Positions 12,178-20,838 of a stretch of 64,000 nt of DNA are shown here, one piece after another. The notes beneath the pieces were generated by a model that saw only the letters and a list, made by a program, of their open reading frames with translations, searched no databases and had not been told where the DNA came from. The position numbers and the translations under genes were made by a program. Each line of letters begins with the position of its first letter. The first letter of the stretch is position 1. The DNA is from an uncultured Pseudomonadota bacterium. Its GTDB lineage: Bacteria; Oederibacteriota; Muellerivitia; Muellerivitales; Muellerivitaceae. The DNA lies in contig CAVYRH010000002.1 of assembly GCA_963770835.1 (NCBI GenBank), positions 96,001 through 160,000 on the forward strand. Direction: 5' to 3'.

Positions 12178-13009
12178 CTAATGAATCCGGTGCAGGCCGG
12201 TGCGCGACTGCAGCCAGTTGATGGTCAATAAAAGCGTAAAGGAAATCACCAGCATCACCACCCCGATGGAGGTGGCTCCCGCGTAATCGTATTGTTCCAG
12301 TTTGGTGATGATCAAAAGGGGCGTGATTTCGGTCTTCATGGGCATGTTGCCGGCGATGAACACCACCGAGCCGTATTCCCCCACCGCCCGGGCAAAGGCC
12401 AGGGAAAAACCCGTGATCCAGGCCGGCACCAAGGTGGGCAGGACCACCCGCGTGACGGTGTACCAGCGGTTCGCCCCCAGGCTGACCGCCGCTTTTTCCA
12501 TTTCGGGGTCCAGGGACTCCAATACGGGCTGAAGGGTCCGCACGACGAAGGGCAATCCGATGAAGGTCAGGGCCACCACCACGCCCAGGGGCGTATAGGC
12601 CACTTTGATTCCCAGGGGCTCCAAGCGGCTCCCGATCCAACCGTTCGGCGCGTAAATCGCCGTCAAGGTAATACCCGCCACCGCCGTTGGCAGGGCAAAG
12701 GGCAGGTCTACCATGGCATCGATTAGTTTTTTGCCCGGAAACTCGTAACGCACCAACACCCAAGCCACGATTACCCCAAAGATGGAATTGATGACCGCGC
12801 CGATGAAGGAAGCTCCGAAGGTCAGCTTATAGGAGGCCATGACGCGGGGGCCGGTTACTTCCGAGAGGAATTGGGCCCAGGTCAGGGTGGTGGACTTTAG
12901 AGATGAGGGCGGCCAGGGGGATGAGGACGATCAGGCTCAAATAAGTCAGGGTAAATCCCATGGTCAGGCCGAAACCCGGCAACACACCGACGGATTTCAT
13001 TTTTTTCAT
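12178..13009 (-). CDS. cysT: Sulfate ABC transporter permease CysT (frameshift at ~12850-12900)
   Basis: VLPGFGLTMGFTLTYLSLIVLIPL, then VDLPFALPTAVAGI, GLPFVVRTLQPVL and FARAVGEYGSVVFIAGN. Confidence 0.93.
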
Positions 13010-13278
13010 TTCCCGCTTCTTTCCCAGCCCCTCAATAATTCACGAATGGCCTGGATGGCCTCGGATGCGTCCTCGCCCTCGGCCGAAAACTCCAGTACCG
13101 TACCATAAATGGCGCCGATGGTTAAGAGTTCCAAAAGGCTCTTGGCATTTACTGCCCTCAACCCGTTGGAAACACGAATGTTGCTTTTAAAACGGCAGGC
13201 CGTTTTGGCTAATTGGGCTCCCGCTCTCAAGTGCATCCCCAAGCGGTGAAGAATCGGAATTTTTTCAATGACACTCAT
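13006..13278 (-). CDS. HPr-family phosphocarrier protein
   Basis: 90 aa from the ATG at 13278. GMHLR is the His15-equivalent motif, VNAKSLLELL the Ser46-equivalent, plus AEGEDA. The stop overlaps the cysT start (ATGA). Confidence 0.85.
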   Translation of the reverse strand: MSVIEKIPILHRLGMHLRAGAQLAKTACRFKSNIRVSNGLRAVNAKSLLELLTIGAIYGTVLEFSAEGEDASEAIQAIRELLRGWERSGK

Positions 13279-13402
13279 ATGATTCCCTCGAACCTTTAAA
13301 AAAGGTTCACTATGGGTTAGGTGGATTTCCATGGATTCCTCGAACATCGGATCGTTTGAGGGGCCGGCTAAATCGACGCCCCTTCATTTCTCCGGTTTCA
13401 TT

Positions 13403-14426
13403 TCATCCCCGTCTGATAAATCTGGTCGAAAACCCCCCCATCGCCGAAATAAGTTGGTTGGGCTTTTTTCCAGCCGCCGAACAGCTTGTCGACGGTGAAT
13501 AAGTTTGATCTTCGGGAACTGCTTGGCGTATTTGGCCGCCACCTTCTTGTCCCGGGGCCGGTAGTAATTGCGCGCGGCGACTTCCTGGCCCTTCCTTCGT
13601 GTACAGGTAATTCAAGTAGGCCTTGGCCAATTCGGTGGTCCCGTGCTTCTCGGTGTTTTTGTCCACCCAGGCCACCGTAGGCTCGGCCAGGATGCTGACC
13701 GAAGGATTCACAATCTCGAACTGGCCCTTGCCGAGTTCATTCACGGCCAAGTAGGCCTCATTTTCCCAGGCGATCAAGACGTCGCCGATTCCCCGCTCCA
13801 CGAAGGTGGTAGTGGAACCCCGCGCGCCCGAATCCAGGACCGCCACGTTCTGGTAAAGCTTGGTCACGAATTCCCGGGCTTTGTCCTCAGTCCCGTACTT
13901 CTTCAAGGCATAACCCCAGGCCGCCAGGAAATTCCAGCGGGCCCCGCCGGAGGTCTTGGGGTTGGGCGTGATGACCGAAACGTCCGGCCTCACCAGGTCG
14001 TCCCAATCCTTGATGTCCTTCGGGTTCCCCGTCCTCACCAAAAGCACGATGGTGGAGGTATAGGGCGCGCTGTTGTCGGGCAGGCGGGTCTGCCAGTCCT
14101 CCGGCAGCAGCTGGGCCTTGGTGGCGATGGCGTCGATATCCCCCGCATATGCCCAAGGTGGCCACATCGGCCTCCAGCCCGTCGATGATGGCGCGGGCCT
14201 GCTTGCCCGAGCCCCCGTTGGAGACGTTCACGGTCAAATCCTGGCCCGTTTCTTTCTTCCAGTACTCGGCGAAGACCTTGTCATAGTCCTCGTAAAGCTC
14301 CCGGGTCGGGTCATAGGACACGTTCAGGATCTGGGCCGGCCCCGCCGGGGCGCCCTGGGCGTGAACCCAAGGAGCCGGCTGCGAGGTTGATCAGAAATAA
14401 CGCAGTAAAAAATTTCTTTTCTTCAT
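13403..14426 (-). CDS. sbp: Sulfate ABC transporter substrate-binding protein (frameshifts)
   Basis: ATG at 14426 with an [65 protein letters not shown]. Confidence 0.93.
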
Positions 14427-14439
14427 GATATCTCCTTGG

Positions 14440-15936
14440 TTAAAAGTTGGCCTGGGCCCGGACCGTGAAGACATCCTCCGGCAAAAGGCTGGCCAGCGCT
14501 TCGGCCACACCGGAGTACCTGGGCCCCCTCCACGAAATCCGTCTCTTCCCAGTCGAAGACCAGTTTGAAATGGGGGTTGAAAATCCAGTTCAGGCCCGCC
14601 CCGAAAGCCGTGGCTTGCTGGGCCGAATTGGTGGCCGCTAAGTTGGATGCCGCCGTCGCGCTGAAGGCGTTCGGGTCGATGCGTCAGTTGGTGCACGCGC
14701 ACCGCCACTTCCAAGGCGCCCCAATGGCCCTTGCGCAGGTCCAAATCCTTATCCGCGATGGCACCCTGGTAAGGAAGCCTTTCCGCCGATGACCCAGGAA
14801 GCCCGCCAACTGCCAGGCCTGGTTGGCCACATTGACGGCGTTCGCCTTGCTGGTGCCCACGTCCTGGGTCGACTGCACGTATTCCCCCAATAGCCCGAAG
14901 GGGCCGTTGGAGTAGTAGAGCCTGCGGGGAGCAATGGTAGAAATCGCCCTGGGGCGAAACGCCCGTGCGGTAGGCAAAGAACTGTTGCTGCCCCAGGGAA
15001 GTGACGAAGTAATTGGGAAAGGCGTTGGTGTTCCAGTTCACATTCCAGGACCAGTCTCCCCGAAATTCCGAACCCGAGGTCTTGCAGGAAGGAATCCTCT
15101 CCCTTGAAGAGGGTCAGGAAAAGCCTGCCCGAGAGTTCCTTGCCGTTGGTCAGGCTCTGGTCGTCCGCGTTATTGGGCGTGTAGTTGTCGGGCGTCCCGG
15201 CGGTGAGGGCCACTGCGTAATTGACGCCGTTCCAGGGGCTGCCCGTGGCCTCGGCGCCCAGGTCCCGGTTGGGGACCAGGTCCGTCGGCAGGGCCCTTTC
15301 CACGAAAAGGTTATCCGTGTCGTTTTGCAGCCTTTCCAGGCCGATCGGCACCTTGAATTTTCCCGCTTGGAATTGCAGGGCAGGGTCCGCCTTGATGAAG
15401 GCATAGGCGTCCTGGATGGCGTAGCCGGTGGACCCCAATTCGGCCTGGTAGCGGAACCCCACCAAGTGGTCGAAAATGGCGATCAGGTCCAGCCTCGTTT
15501 TGCGGTTCAGGAAGGTGCTGGTGGACTTACTGGTCGTGGCCCCGGCCGCGCCCTCCTCGGGTTCGTCGGTGCTTCCGATCGGCACATAGTCGAAATAGGA
15601 CGTACTGGGCTGGAAATAGCTCCGGTAATCCTCCTGGACATTGCCCCCGATCTTGAAAATCACGTCCCCGGACGGGTCCGAAAGGTCCAGGTAGTTATGC
15701 TCGGTGGTAAGCACCACCTCGCTTTTTTCCAGCTGGTTCAGGCGGTTGTTAAGCCCCTCCACGCCTGCGAAAGGCGTCAACGCCGGCGTGGGCTGCGCCT
15801 CGTCCCCCCCTGAGGGCGTCCCAGCCGCCGCAGTGGTTTTACCGCCCGTGGAATCCTGCGCCCAAGACCTTGCCGAACTAAGAATCCCAACCAAAACCAA
15901 GACAGCTAAAGCAAATACCGACTTTCGACTTTTCAT
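14440..15936 (-). CDS. OprO/OprP-family anion-selective porin (frameshifts in the C-terminal third)
   Basis: Signal peptide; DAY...GKFKVPIGLERLQ, FVERALPTDLVPNRDLG; C-terminal fragments include GPFGLLGEY, AWQ and GALEVAVR; lies directly upstream of sbp. Confidence 0.8.
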
Positions 15937-16001
15937 GACAAACCCCTTTTATTTTATTTACCCTTTTTGTATCGCGGAGGGTTTCCGCTCGGGGTCTTCG
16001 G

Positions 16002-16036
16002 AATAATCCGACCCCGCTTCTTCAGCGGGCCGGGAT
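16002..16036 (-). terminator. Expression-platform hairpin of riboswitch copy 3 (weak U tract)
   Basis: Minus-strand AUCCCGGCCCGCU-GAAGA-AGCGGGGUCGGAU followed by UAUU. Confidence 0.5.
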
Positions 16037-16053
16037 ATAAGATATCTCGAAGA

Positions 16054-16122
16054 CCGCTTTAGCGCCCTGTTTGGTTTCTTTCGAAACACCGGTCGGGGCA
16101 AGTTGGCAATTAAATCCCACCG
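16054..16122 (-). ncRNA. SAM-II/SAM-V-fold riboswitch-like aptamer, copy 3 (upstream of the porin)
   Basis: CGGUGGGAUUUAAUUGCCAACUUGCCCCGACCG-[GUUUCGAAAGAAAC hairpin]-CAAACAGGGCGCUAAAGCGG. P1, UUU, UUGC and GCUAAA occur in the order of the SAM-II core. Confidence 0.75.
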
Positions 16123-16170
16123 TAAAACTTTTAAACTCCGAACTTCTTACACCTCCCAAAATAATCTTGA

Positions 16171-16264
16171 ACCACCAAGGTCACCAAGAAAAGCAAAAAT
16201 TGAATATCGGATCTTCAGCATATAAGAATCTTTGCCTTTAGTCTTTCTTGGTGACCTTGGTGGT
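16171..16264. repeat. REP-like element with perfect 21-bp inverted arms
   Basis: accaccaaggtcaccaagaaa (16171-16191) / tttcttggtgaccttggtggt (16244-16264); related to 42176..42266. Confidence 0.8.
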
Positions 16265-16287
16265 GAAAAAAGTTTAGCTTTTGCCTT

Positions 16288-16956
16288 TTAATTCGAATGC
16301 ACCGTTTCCTTCGCCTGGCCCTTGTTCGGCTGGGGCGTCAAGCGCAGGTAAGGCCTCACCGCCTTGTAACCCTTCGGGAAACGTTCCTTCAGTTCCTTCT
16401 CGTCCTTCAAGGCCGGGACGATGACCACGTCATCCCCGTCCTTCCAATTCACCGGGGTAGCGACCTTGTAATTGTCCGTCAATTGCAAGGAATCGATGAC
16501 TCGCAGGATTTCGTTGAAATTGCGGCCCGTGCTGGCCGGGTAGGTGATGGTGGCGCGGACTTTCTTATCGCCATCGATGATGAAGACCGACCGGACGGTG
16601 GCGTTGGCCAGAGAGTTGGGATGGATCAGGTCGTACAGCAGCGAAACTTCGTGGTCGTGGTCCGCCAAAATCGGAAAATTCACATGGGTTTTCTGGGTCT
16701 CGTTGATGTCCGGAATCCAGCCCTTGTGGTTTTCCACCGTATCGACCGAAAGGGCGATCACCTTCACGCCCCTCTTCTCGAATTCGGGCTTCAACCGGGC
16801 CGTTTCACCCAATTCAGTGGTGCAAACGGGCGTGAAATCCGCGGGATGGGAAAACAAAACCACCCAGGACTTACCTGCCCATTCGTAAAAACGGATCTTC
16901 CCTTCGCTGGACTCCTGCGTGAAATCCGGCGCTACGTCTCCTAGTCTTAAAGCCAT
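16288..16956 (-). CDS. 1-Cys peroxiredoxin (Prx6 / LsfA-like)
   Basis: FSHPADFTPVCTTELG, YPASTGRNFNEILRVIDSLQLT and ATPVNW; one Cys only. Confidence 0.93.
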   Translation of the reverse strand: MALRLGDVAPDFTQESSEGKIRFYEWAGKSWVVLFSHPADFTPVCTTELGETARLKPEFEKRGVKVIALSVDTVENHKGWIPDINETQKTHVNFPILADHDHEVSLLYDLIHPNSLANATVRSVFIIDGDKKVRATITYPASTGRNFNEILRVIDSLQLTDNYKVATPVNWKDGDDVVIVPALKDEKELKERFPKGYKAVRPYLRLTPQPNKGQAKETVHSN

Positions 16957-17039
16957 GACATGCCTCCTGTTTTAAATGTTCACCTTTTTTGGTTTCCCAA
17001 AAACCTTGCGGTGAAATTGTTTGTATGCGGCCGGGATAC

Positions 17040-17077
17040 AAAAAAACCCGAGACCGCTTTGGTGGCGGCTCGGGTTT
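17040..17077 (-). terminator. Intrinsic terminator of riboswitch copy 2
   Basis: AAACCCGAGCCGCC-ACCAAA-GCGGUCUCGGGUUUUUUU. Confidence 0.8.
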
Positions 17078-17099
17078 CCGAATTTCTGGAAAGCAGGCG

Positions 17100-17233
17100 C
17101 CGCTTTAGCTCCCTGTTCATTAATTTCCTAAGAATCTCCCAGGAAACCAACCCGGCCGGGGCAAGTTGACGAAAACCCTTGTTTTTCAGCGGTTTCCGGG
17201 GTCCCTCTCGGAACCCGCATTAAAGCCTCGCCG
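17100..17233 (-). ncRNA. SAM-II/SAM-V-fold riboswitch-like aptamer, copy 2, with long insertions
   Basis: CGGCGAGGCUUUAA-[two inserted hairpins]-CAACUUGCCCCGGCCG-[long hairpin]-GAACAGGGAGCUAAAGCGG. Confidence 0.7.
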
Positions 17234-17262
17234 TACATCCAATGAGAAAACACCCGTAAAAC

Positions 17263-17297
17263 AAAAAACCCGGGCCGCTTTTAGGCGGTCCGGGTTT
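17263..17297 (-). terminator. Intrinsic terminator of riboswitch copy 1
   Basis: AAACCCGGACCGCC-UAAAA-GCGGCCCGGGUUUUUU. Confidence 0.8.
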
Positions 17298-17320
17298 AGG
17301 AGGTGTCTCTTAAACTTTAA

Positions 17321-17389
17321 CCGCTTTAGCTCGCTGTTCGACCCCTTTCAGGAATCACGCCGGAGCAAGTTGGAACTTAAAGCCCGCGT
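17321..17389 (-). ncRNA. SAM-II/SAM-V-fold riboswitch-like aptamer, copy 1
   Basis: ACGCGGGCUUUAAGUUCCAACUUGCUCCGGCGU-[GAUUCCUGAAAGGGGUC hairpin]-GAACAGCGAGCUAAAGCGG. Confidence 0.72.
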
Positions 17390-17400
17390 TCAATGTTGGA

Positions 17401-17429
17401 ACTGTACCGAACTGCCTTTTCAATGTCAA
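17401..17429 (-). promoter_or_regulatory. sigma70-type promoter for the riboswitch/sulfate operon leader
   Basis: TTGACA (17429-17424), 17-bp spacer, TACAGT (17406-17401). The predicted start site is a few nt before aptamer 1. Confidence 0.7.
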
Positions 17430-17437
17430 TAGAACTT

Positions 17438-18274
17438 TTAAATTTTTTTATTCTCCTTTCCGCCCTTCTTTTTACACGAAAAAATGATCCAAAAGGCCCA
17501 GGCCCAACAAAGCAGGACCCGGAAAAGTTCTACGCGGTTGCCGTGGGCGGCGACGGTCCCCACCAGGTTGACGCTGAAATGCAGGAGGATGGCCGAAAGG
17601 ATGCTGCGGTTCGTCATGTCGTAGATCCAGGTGATCACCACGGATAATGGAATGATGGCCCCAAAGAAAAGGAAGAACCCGGCGGTGCCGAAGCCCAGGG
17701 TGGACTGATAGGCCCCTTTGAGGAAAAACAACGGGAGATGCCAGAGCCCCCATAAAAGCCCCAGGATCAAGCTGGCCTTCAGTGAACCGTGCCGGGCCCG
17801 CAGGCGGTCCAAGGCGTAGCCCCGCCAACCCAGTTCCTCGGGAACGGGCCCGAACAAAAACATGAAGATGAGAAATAGGAGGGTCCCCAAAACTACGGAG
17901 AAGTGTTGGGTGAAAAAGTTGAGGGTCGTCAAATCCAGCTTTATGCCACCGCCCCTCAGGGTCTTATCCATCCAGCCCGCCGGCAATGTCAGTAGCGGAA
18001 CCGTCAGGAGGGACAAAAACCAACCCCGGAAACCCAAGCGCTTCCAATCCACGACCCGGAGCCAGTAATCCCGCCGGACTTTATCCCCGCCCTCCCGATA
18101 GGTGAAATAGACGCCGAAAACCATGGGGCCGACCCCGCCCAGGGCAAAACCCAATTGGGTGATCAGGTGGGTGGCATCCGGCGCCCAGAGGGCGGTGGGA
18201 ATCCAGAAAGCCCAGCTCCAGGTGAATGTGAGGGCGAAGAAAAGCCAGGGGGATGTTGAACTCGATTTTTTCAT
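17438..18274 (-). CDS. CPBP (CAAX/Abi) family intramembrane metalloprotease
   Basis: EELGWRGYAL, WGLWHLP and AILLHFSVN; likely start MKKSS at 18274. Confidence 0.9.
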   Translation of the reverse strand: MKKSSSTSPWLFFALTFTWSWAFWIPTALWAPDATHLITQLGFALGGVGPMVFGVYFTYREGGDKVRRDYWLRVVDWKRLGFRGWFLSLLTVPLLTLPAGWMDKTLRGGGIKLDLTTLNFFTQHFSVVLGTLLFLIFMFLFGPVPEELGWRGYALDRLRARHGSLKASLILGLLWGLWHLPLFFLKGAYQSTLGFGTAGFFLFFGAIIPLSVVITWIYDMTNRSILSAILLHFSVNLVGTVAAHGNRVELFRVLLCWAWAFWIIFSCKKKGGKENKKI

Positions 18275-18412
18275 AGGTGTCTCATGGATCGTCCTATAGT
18301 TTATGGGAACCCCCTCCAGAATGGCCAACCGGGTTTTGTTGCAAAACGGTTTCAAGGCCTTTAACCTGCCGGGTGGGCTTTTAGCTCACGTTTTAATTTT
18401 CCCGGAAAAGAA

Positions 18413-19036
18413 ATGATAAAAAAACATTTTCTTTTAAAAACCTTCGTCTTTTGGTTTTGCCTTACCACGGCACAAGCCGCCCAAGTCGGTGAACCCGCCC
18501 CGGCCTTCACGGGCAAGGACACCCACGGAAAAACCCATCAGCTTTCCGGTTACCAGGGCAAGTTCGTGGTATTGGAATGGCACAACCACGACTGCCCTTT
18601 CACGATGAGCCAGTACAAAGGCAAGATGCAAAAACTCCAGCAGGAATGGACGGGCCGGGGCGTTATATGGTTAAGGGTGATTTCCTCAGCGCCCGGTAAG
18701 GAAGGTTACGTAACGGCCAAAAGGGCCAACCTGGACGCGGTCCGGAACGGTACCGCCGCCACCGCCACCCTCTTAGACCCAGAGGGTGTTATCGGGCACG
18801 CCTATGGAGCCAAGACCACACCCCATATGTTCATCATCGACCCCAAGGGAACCCTGATTTATGACGGCGCGGCGGACAACGCGCCTTTGGAGGATGGAAT
18901 GTCGGAACACACGGGGGATGGAAAGCCTTATGTGAATTATGTGGATCAGGCGCTTCAGGATGCCACCTCGGGGCGGGATGTTTTAATCAAAACAACGGTC
19001 CCTTACGGCTGCGGCGTCAAATACAAGAATCCCTAA
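18413..19036 (+). CDS. Exported redoxin (AhpC/TSA / thioredoxin-like)
   Basis: Signal peptide (AQA-A), VGEPAPAF, EWHNHDCPF, YGAKTTPHMFIID, PYGCGVKY. Confidence 0.85.
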   Translation: MIKKHFLLKTFVFWFCLTTAQAAQVGEPAPAFTGKDTHGKTHQLSGYQGKFVVLEWHNHDCPFTMSQYKGKMQKLQQEWTGRGVIWLRVISSAPGKEGYVTAKRANLDAVRNGTAATATLLDPEGVIGHAYGAKTTPHMFIIDPKGTLIYDGAADNAPLEDGMSEHTGDGKPYVNYVDQALQDATSGRDVLIKTTVPYGCGVKYKNP

Positions 19037-19054
19037 AGGGTTGGGCCTACAGGG

Positions 19055-19375
19055 CTACTTTTTATATTTCTTCAACAGTTCCTTGGCTGGAATCGCCTTG
19101 TTTTGACGTGTGGTGCGCTCGGCGATCGCCTCGATCTCCTTGGCTTCTTCAGGCGTCGGCTTGATGAAAGTCAGCTCCGCATGGTCGGCCACGGCGCGAT
19201 AGACGATGTCGGCGATCTTCTTGGCCAGGGGATGGTGGCCGAATTCCTCACTCAAAGCCTGGGCCACGGCATGGTCGATGAACTGGTTGATGCTTTTGTA
19301 ATGCAACTTGTTCTTCACCAGGCTTTCCAGCTTATGTTTCCCCATTCTCGGCCGGTAACTGATGACGCCTTCCAT
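19055..19375 (-). CDS. Putative antitoxin / small DNA-binding protein
   Basis: N-terminal beta-alpha-alpha-like pattern (VISYRP...KLESLVK...SINQFIDHAVAQAL). The C-terminus TPEEAKEIEAI...AIPAKELLKKY resembles antitoxin tails. Lies downstream of a RelE-like ORF. Confidence 0.5.
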   Translation of the reverse strand: MEGVISYRPRMGKHKLESLVKNKLHYKSINQFIDHAVAQALSEEFGHHPLAKKIADIVYRAVADHAELTFIKPTPEEAKEIEAIAERTTRQNKAIPAKELLKKYKK

Positions 19376-19436
19376 AAGAACCCCCGGGCCCCTGCTGGCG
19401 GGCACGGTTTAATTGTATGCCCGATGTATGCTTTTT

Positions 19437-19739
19437 TCAAGGAGGATGGGGGGCGGGGCTCTTGGGTCGAAAACGGGTGATCAGGACCCTCTCGACGGCC
19501 TGGCTTTTACCGTAATAGATCCTGCCTTGGATATCAAAGGGGATATGGTGGTCGGACTTGAAGACGTCCCCGCCCAGGCGGCGGTGGATATCCAGCCAGT
19601 CCTCGGGTGGAAAATGGACCAGGTCCTCCAGGTACCGGCGGGCCCAATCCCGCAAAATGGGCCTGGCCTGTTGTTGGAGATCCTTAAACTCCTTTTCCGC
19701 TTCGGGGCTGAACAGGATTTCCACTTCGGCGCGCTTCAT
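19437..19739 (-). CDS. Divergent RelE/ParE-like protein
   Basis: 100 aa; the N-terminus EILFSPEAEKEFKDL and the later RIYY..VLITRF segment follow the RelE pattern. Confidence 0.5.
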   Translation of the reverse strand: MKRAEVEILFSPEAEKEFKDLQQQARPILRDWARRYLEDLVHFPPEDWLDIHRRLGGDVFKSDHHIPFDIQGRIYYGKSQAVERVLITRFRPKSPAPHPP

Positions 19740-19902
19740 AGGCGTCCCCTTCTCCCGGCCGGAAGAACCTTTTCAGGGGCTTGAGGAGGCCAGGAGAAAA
19801 GTATACGCTTGTATTCTTTTTATTTTCAAGTGGATTTCGAATCCAAGATAAACTTTTTTGGGAAAAAACAGGACGGAAACCTTGCGGTTTTTAGGCGGAA
19901 AA

Positions 19903-20604
19903 TTATTTGGTTCTGCAGGCTGTTTCGGCCATTTCTTCTTCGGCCATCTTCTTTCCGCAAGCCTCACAGGCGGGGTTGCGCTGGGGGACGATGGACCTTG
20001 CTTCCCTCTTCTGGATATCCACTTTCCAAAGCCGGAAAGGACCCCGGCCTTCGGCCAGCCGCAGGGCCTCATGGGCCTGGAGATAGCCGATGGCTTGCGA
20101 GAAGGAACCCAGGACCCCCGCTTCCTGGCAGGTGGGCATGGCAAAAGGCGGCGGTATTTGGGGGATAAGGCACCGCAGGCAGGCGGTTTTCCCCGGCAGC
20201 ACGGGCAATACTTGCCCCTCGAACTTGACCACCCCCGCGTGAACGTAAGGTTTCCCCAACTTGACGCACCAGTCGTTCAGGAAGAATTTTTTTTCGAGAC
20301 GGTCAAGGCCGTCAATCACAAGGTCATATTGGGAAAGGATTTTTTCCGCGTTGGAGGCGCCAAGCGCTTCCGGAATGAGGTTGGTGGCGGTCCGGGGATG
20401 GTGCTTTTTCAGGAAATCCGCGGCGGCCTCGGCCTTAGGCCTACCCAGGTCGCTTTCGGAGTAAAGGATCTGCCGGTGCAAGTTGGACAACTCGACTTTA
20501 TCGGGGTCCATGAGGCCGAGGGTTTCCACACCCGCTTCGGCCAGGACTAAAGAAGCGGGGCATCCCAAACCGCCCACCCCCACGATCAATATCTTTTTTT
20601 TCAT
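19903..20604 (-). CDS. ThiF/MoeB-family adenylyltransferase lacking the N-terminal RYSRQ segment
   Basis: GVGGLG, DPDKVELSNLHRQILY, DLVIDGLD, CLRC, PTCQEAGVLG and PACEAC; starts directly at the first beta strand. Confidence 0.9.
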   Translation of the reverse strand: MKKKILIVGVGGLGCPASLVLAEAGVETLGLMDPDKVELSNLHRQILYSESDLGRPKAEAAADFLKKHHPRTATNLIPEALGASNAEKILSQYDLVIDGLDRLEKKFFLNDWCVKLGKPYVHAGVVKFEGQVLPVLPGKTACLRCLIPQIPPPFAMPTCQEAGVLGSFSQAIGYLQAHEALRLAEGRGPFRLWKVDIQKREARSIVPQRNPACEACGKKMAEEEMAETACRTK

Positions 20605-20611
20605 AAATTCC

Positions 20612-20800
20612 TCACAGCAATCCGATGACCATCATCACGGCTCCACTAGCCATCAGGGAAAAAGAAACAACCAAGAGTATCAAGTAAGGTAACGGCGTGC
20701 CCTTATCGTTCTGGGCCTTATACAGGCCAAAAAGCTGGGAGAATTGGTAGATTAAAAAACCCAAAATAACCAGGCAAAGTCCCGCTAAAAAGTTAGCCAT
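20612..20800 (-). CDS. Small two-helix membrane protein
   Basis: 62 aa with two hydrophobic segments; 7 bp upstream of the MoeB-like gene. Confidence 0.6.
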   Translation of the reverse strand: MANFLAGLCLVILGFLIYQFSQLFGLYKAQNDKGTPLPYLILLVVSFSLMASGAVMMVIGLL

Positions 20801-20838
20801 TTAATATTTCCATACCTGTTTTTCCTTGGCTTTCCCCT

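Noticed and set aside
10103..15936. Sulfate transport genes as pseudogenes or programmed frameshifts
   Set aside because: The same indel pattern hits murI, greA and lysC, with no consistent slippery sites; sequencing error is the simpler explanation.
16054..17389. The three repeats as a degenerate CRISPR array or T-box
   Set aside because: Spacing is irregular, there are no cas genes, and I see no T-box UGGNACC antiterminator motif.
16960..17432. Short plus-strand ORFs or leader peptides in the riboswitch region
   Set aside because: They are on the wrong strand for the operon and lack a regulatory codon run; the region is explained by RNA structures.
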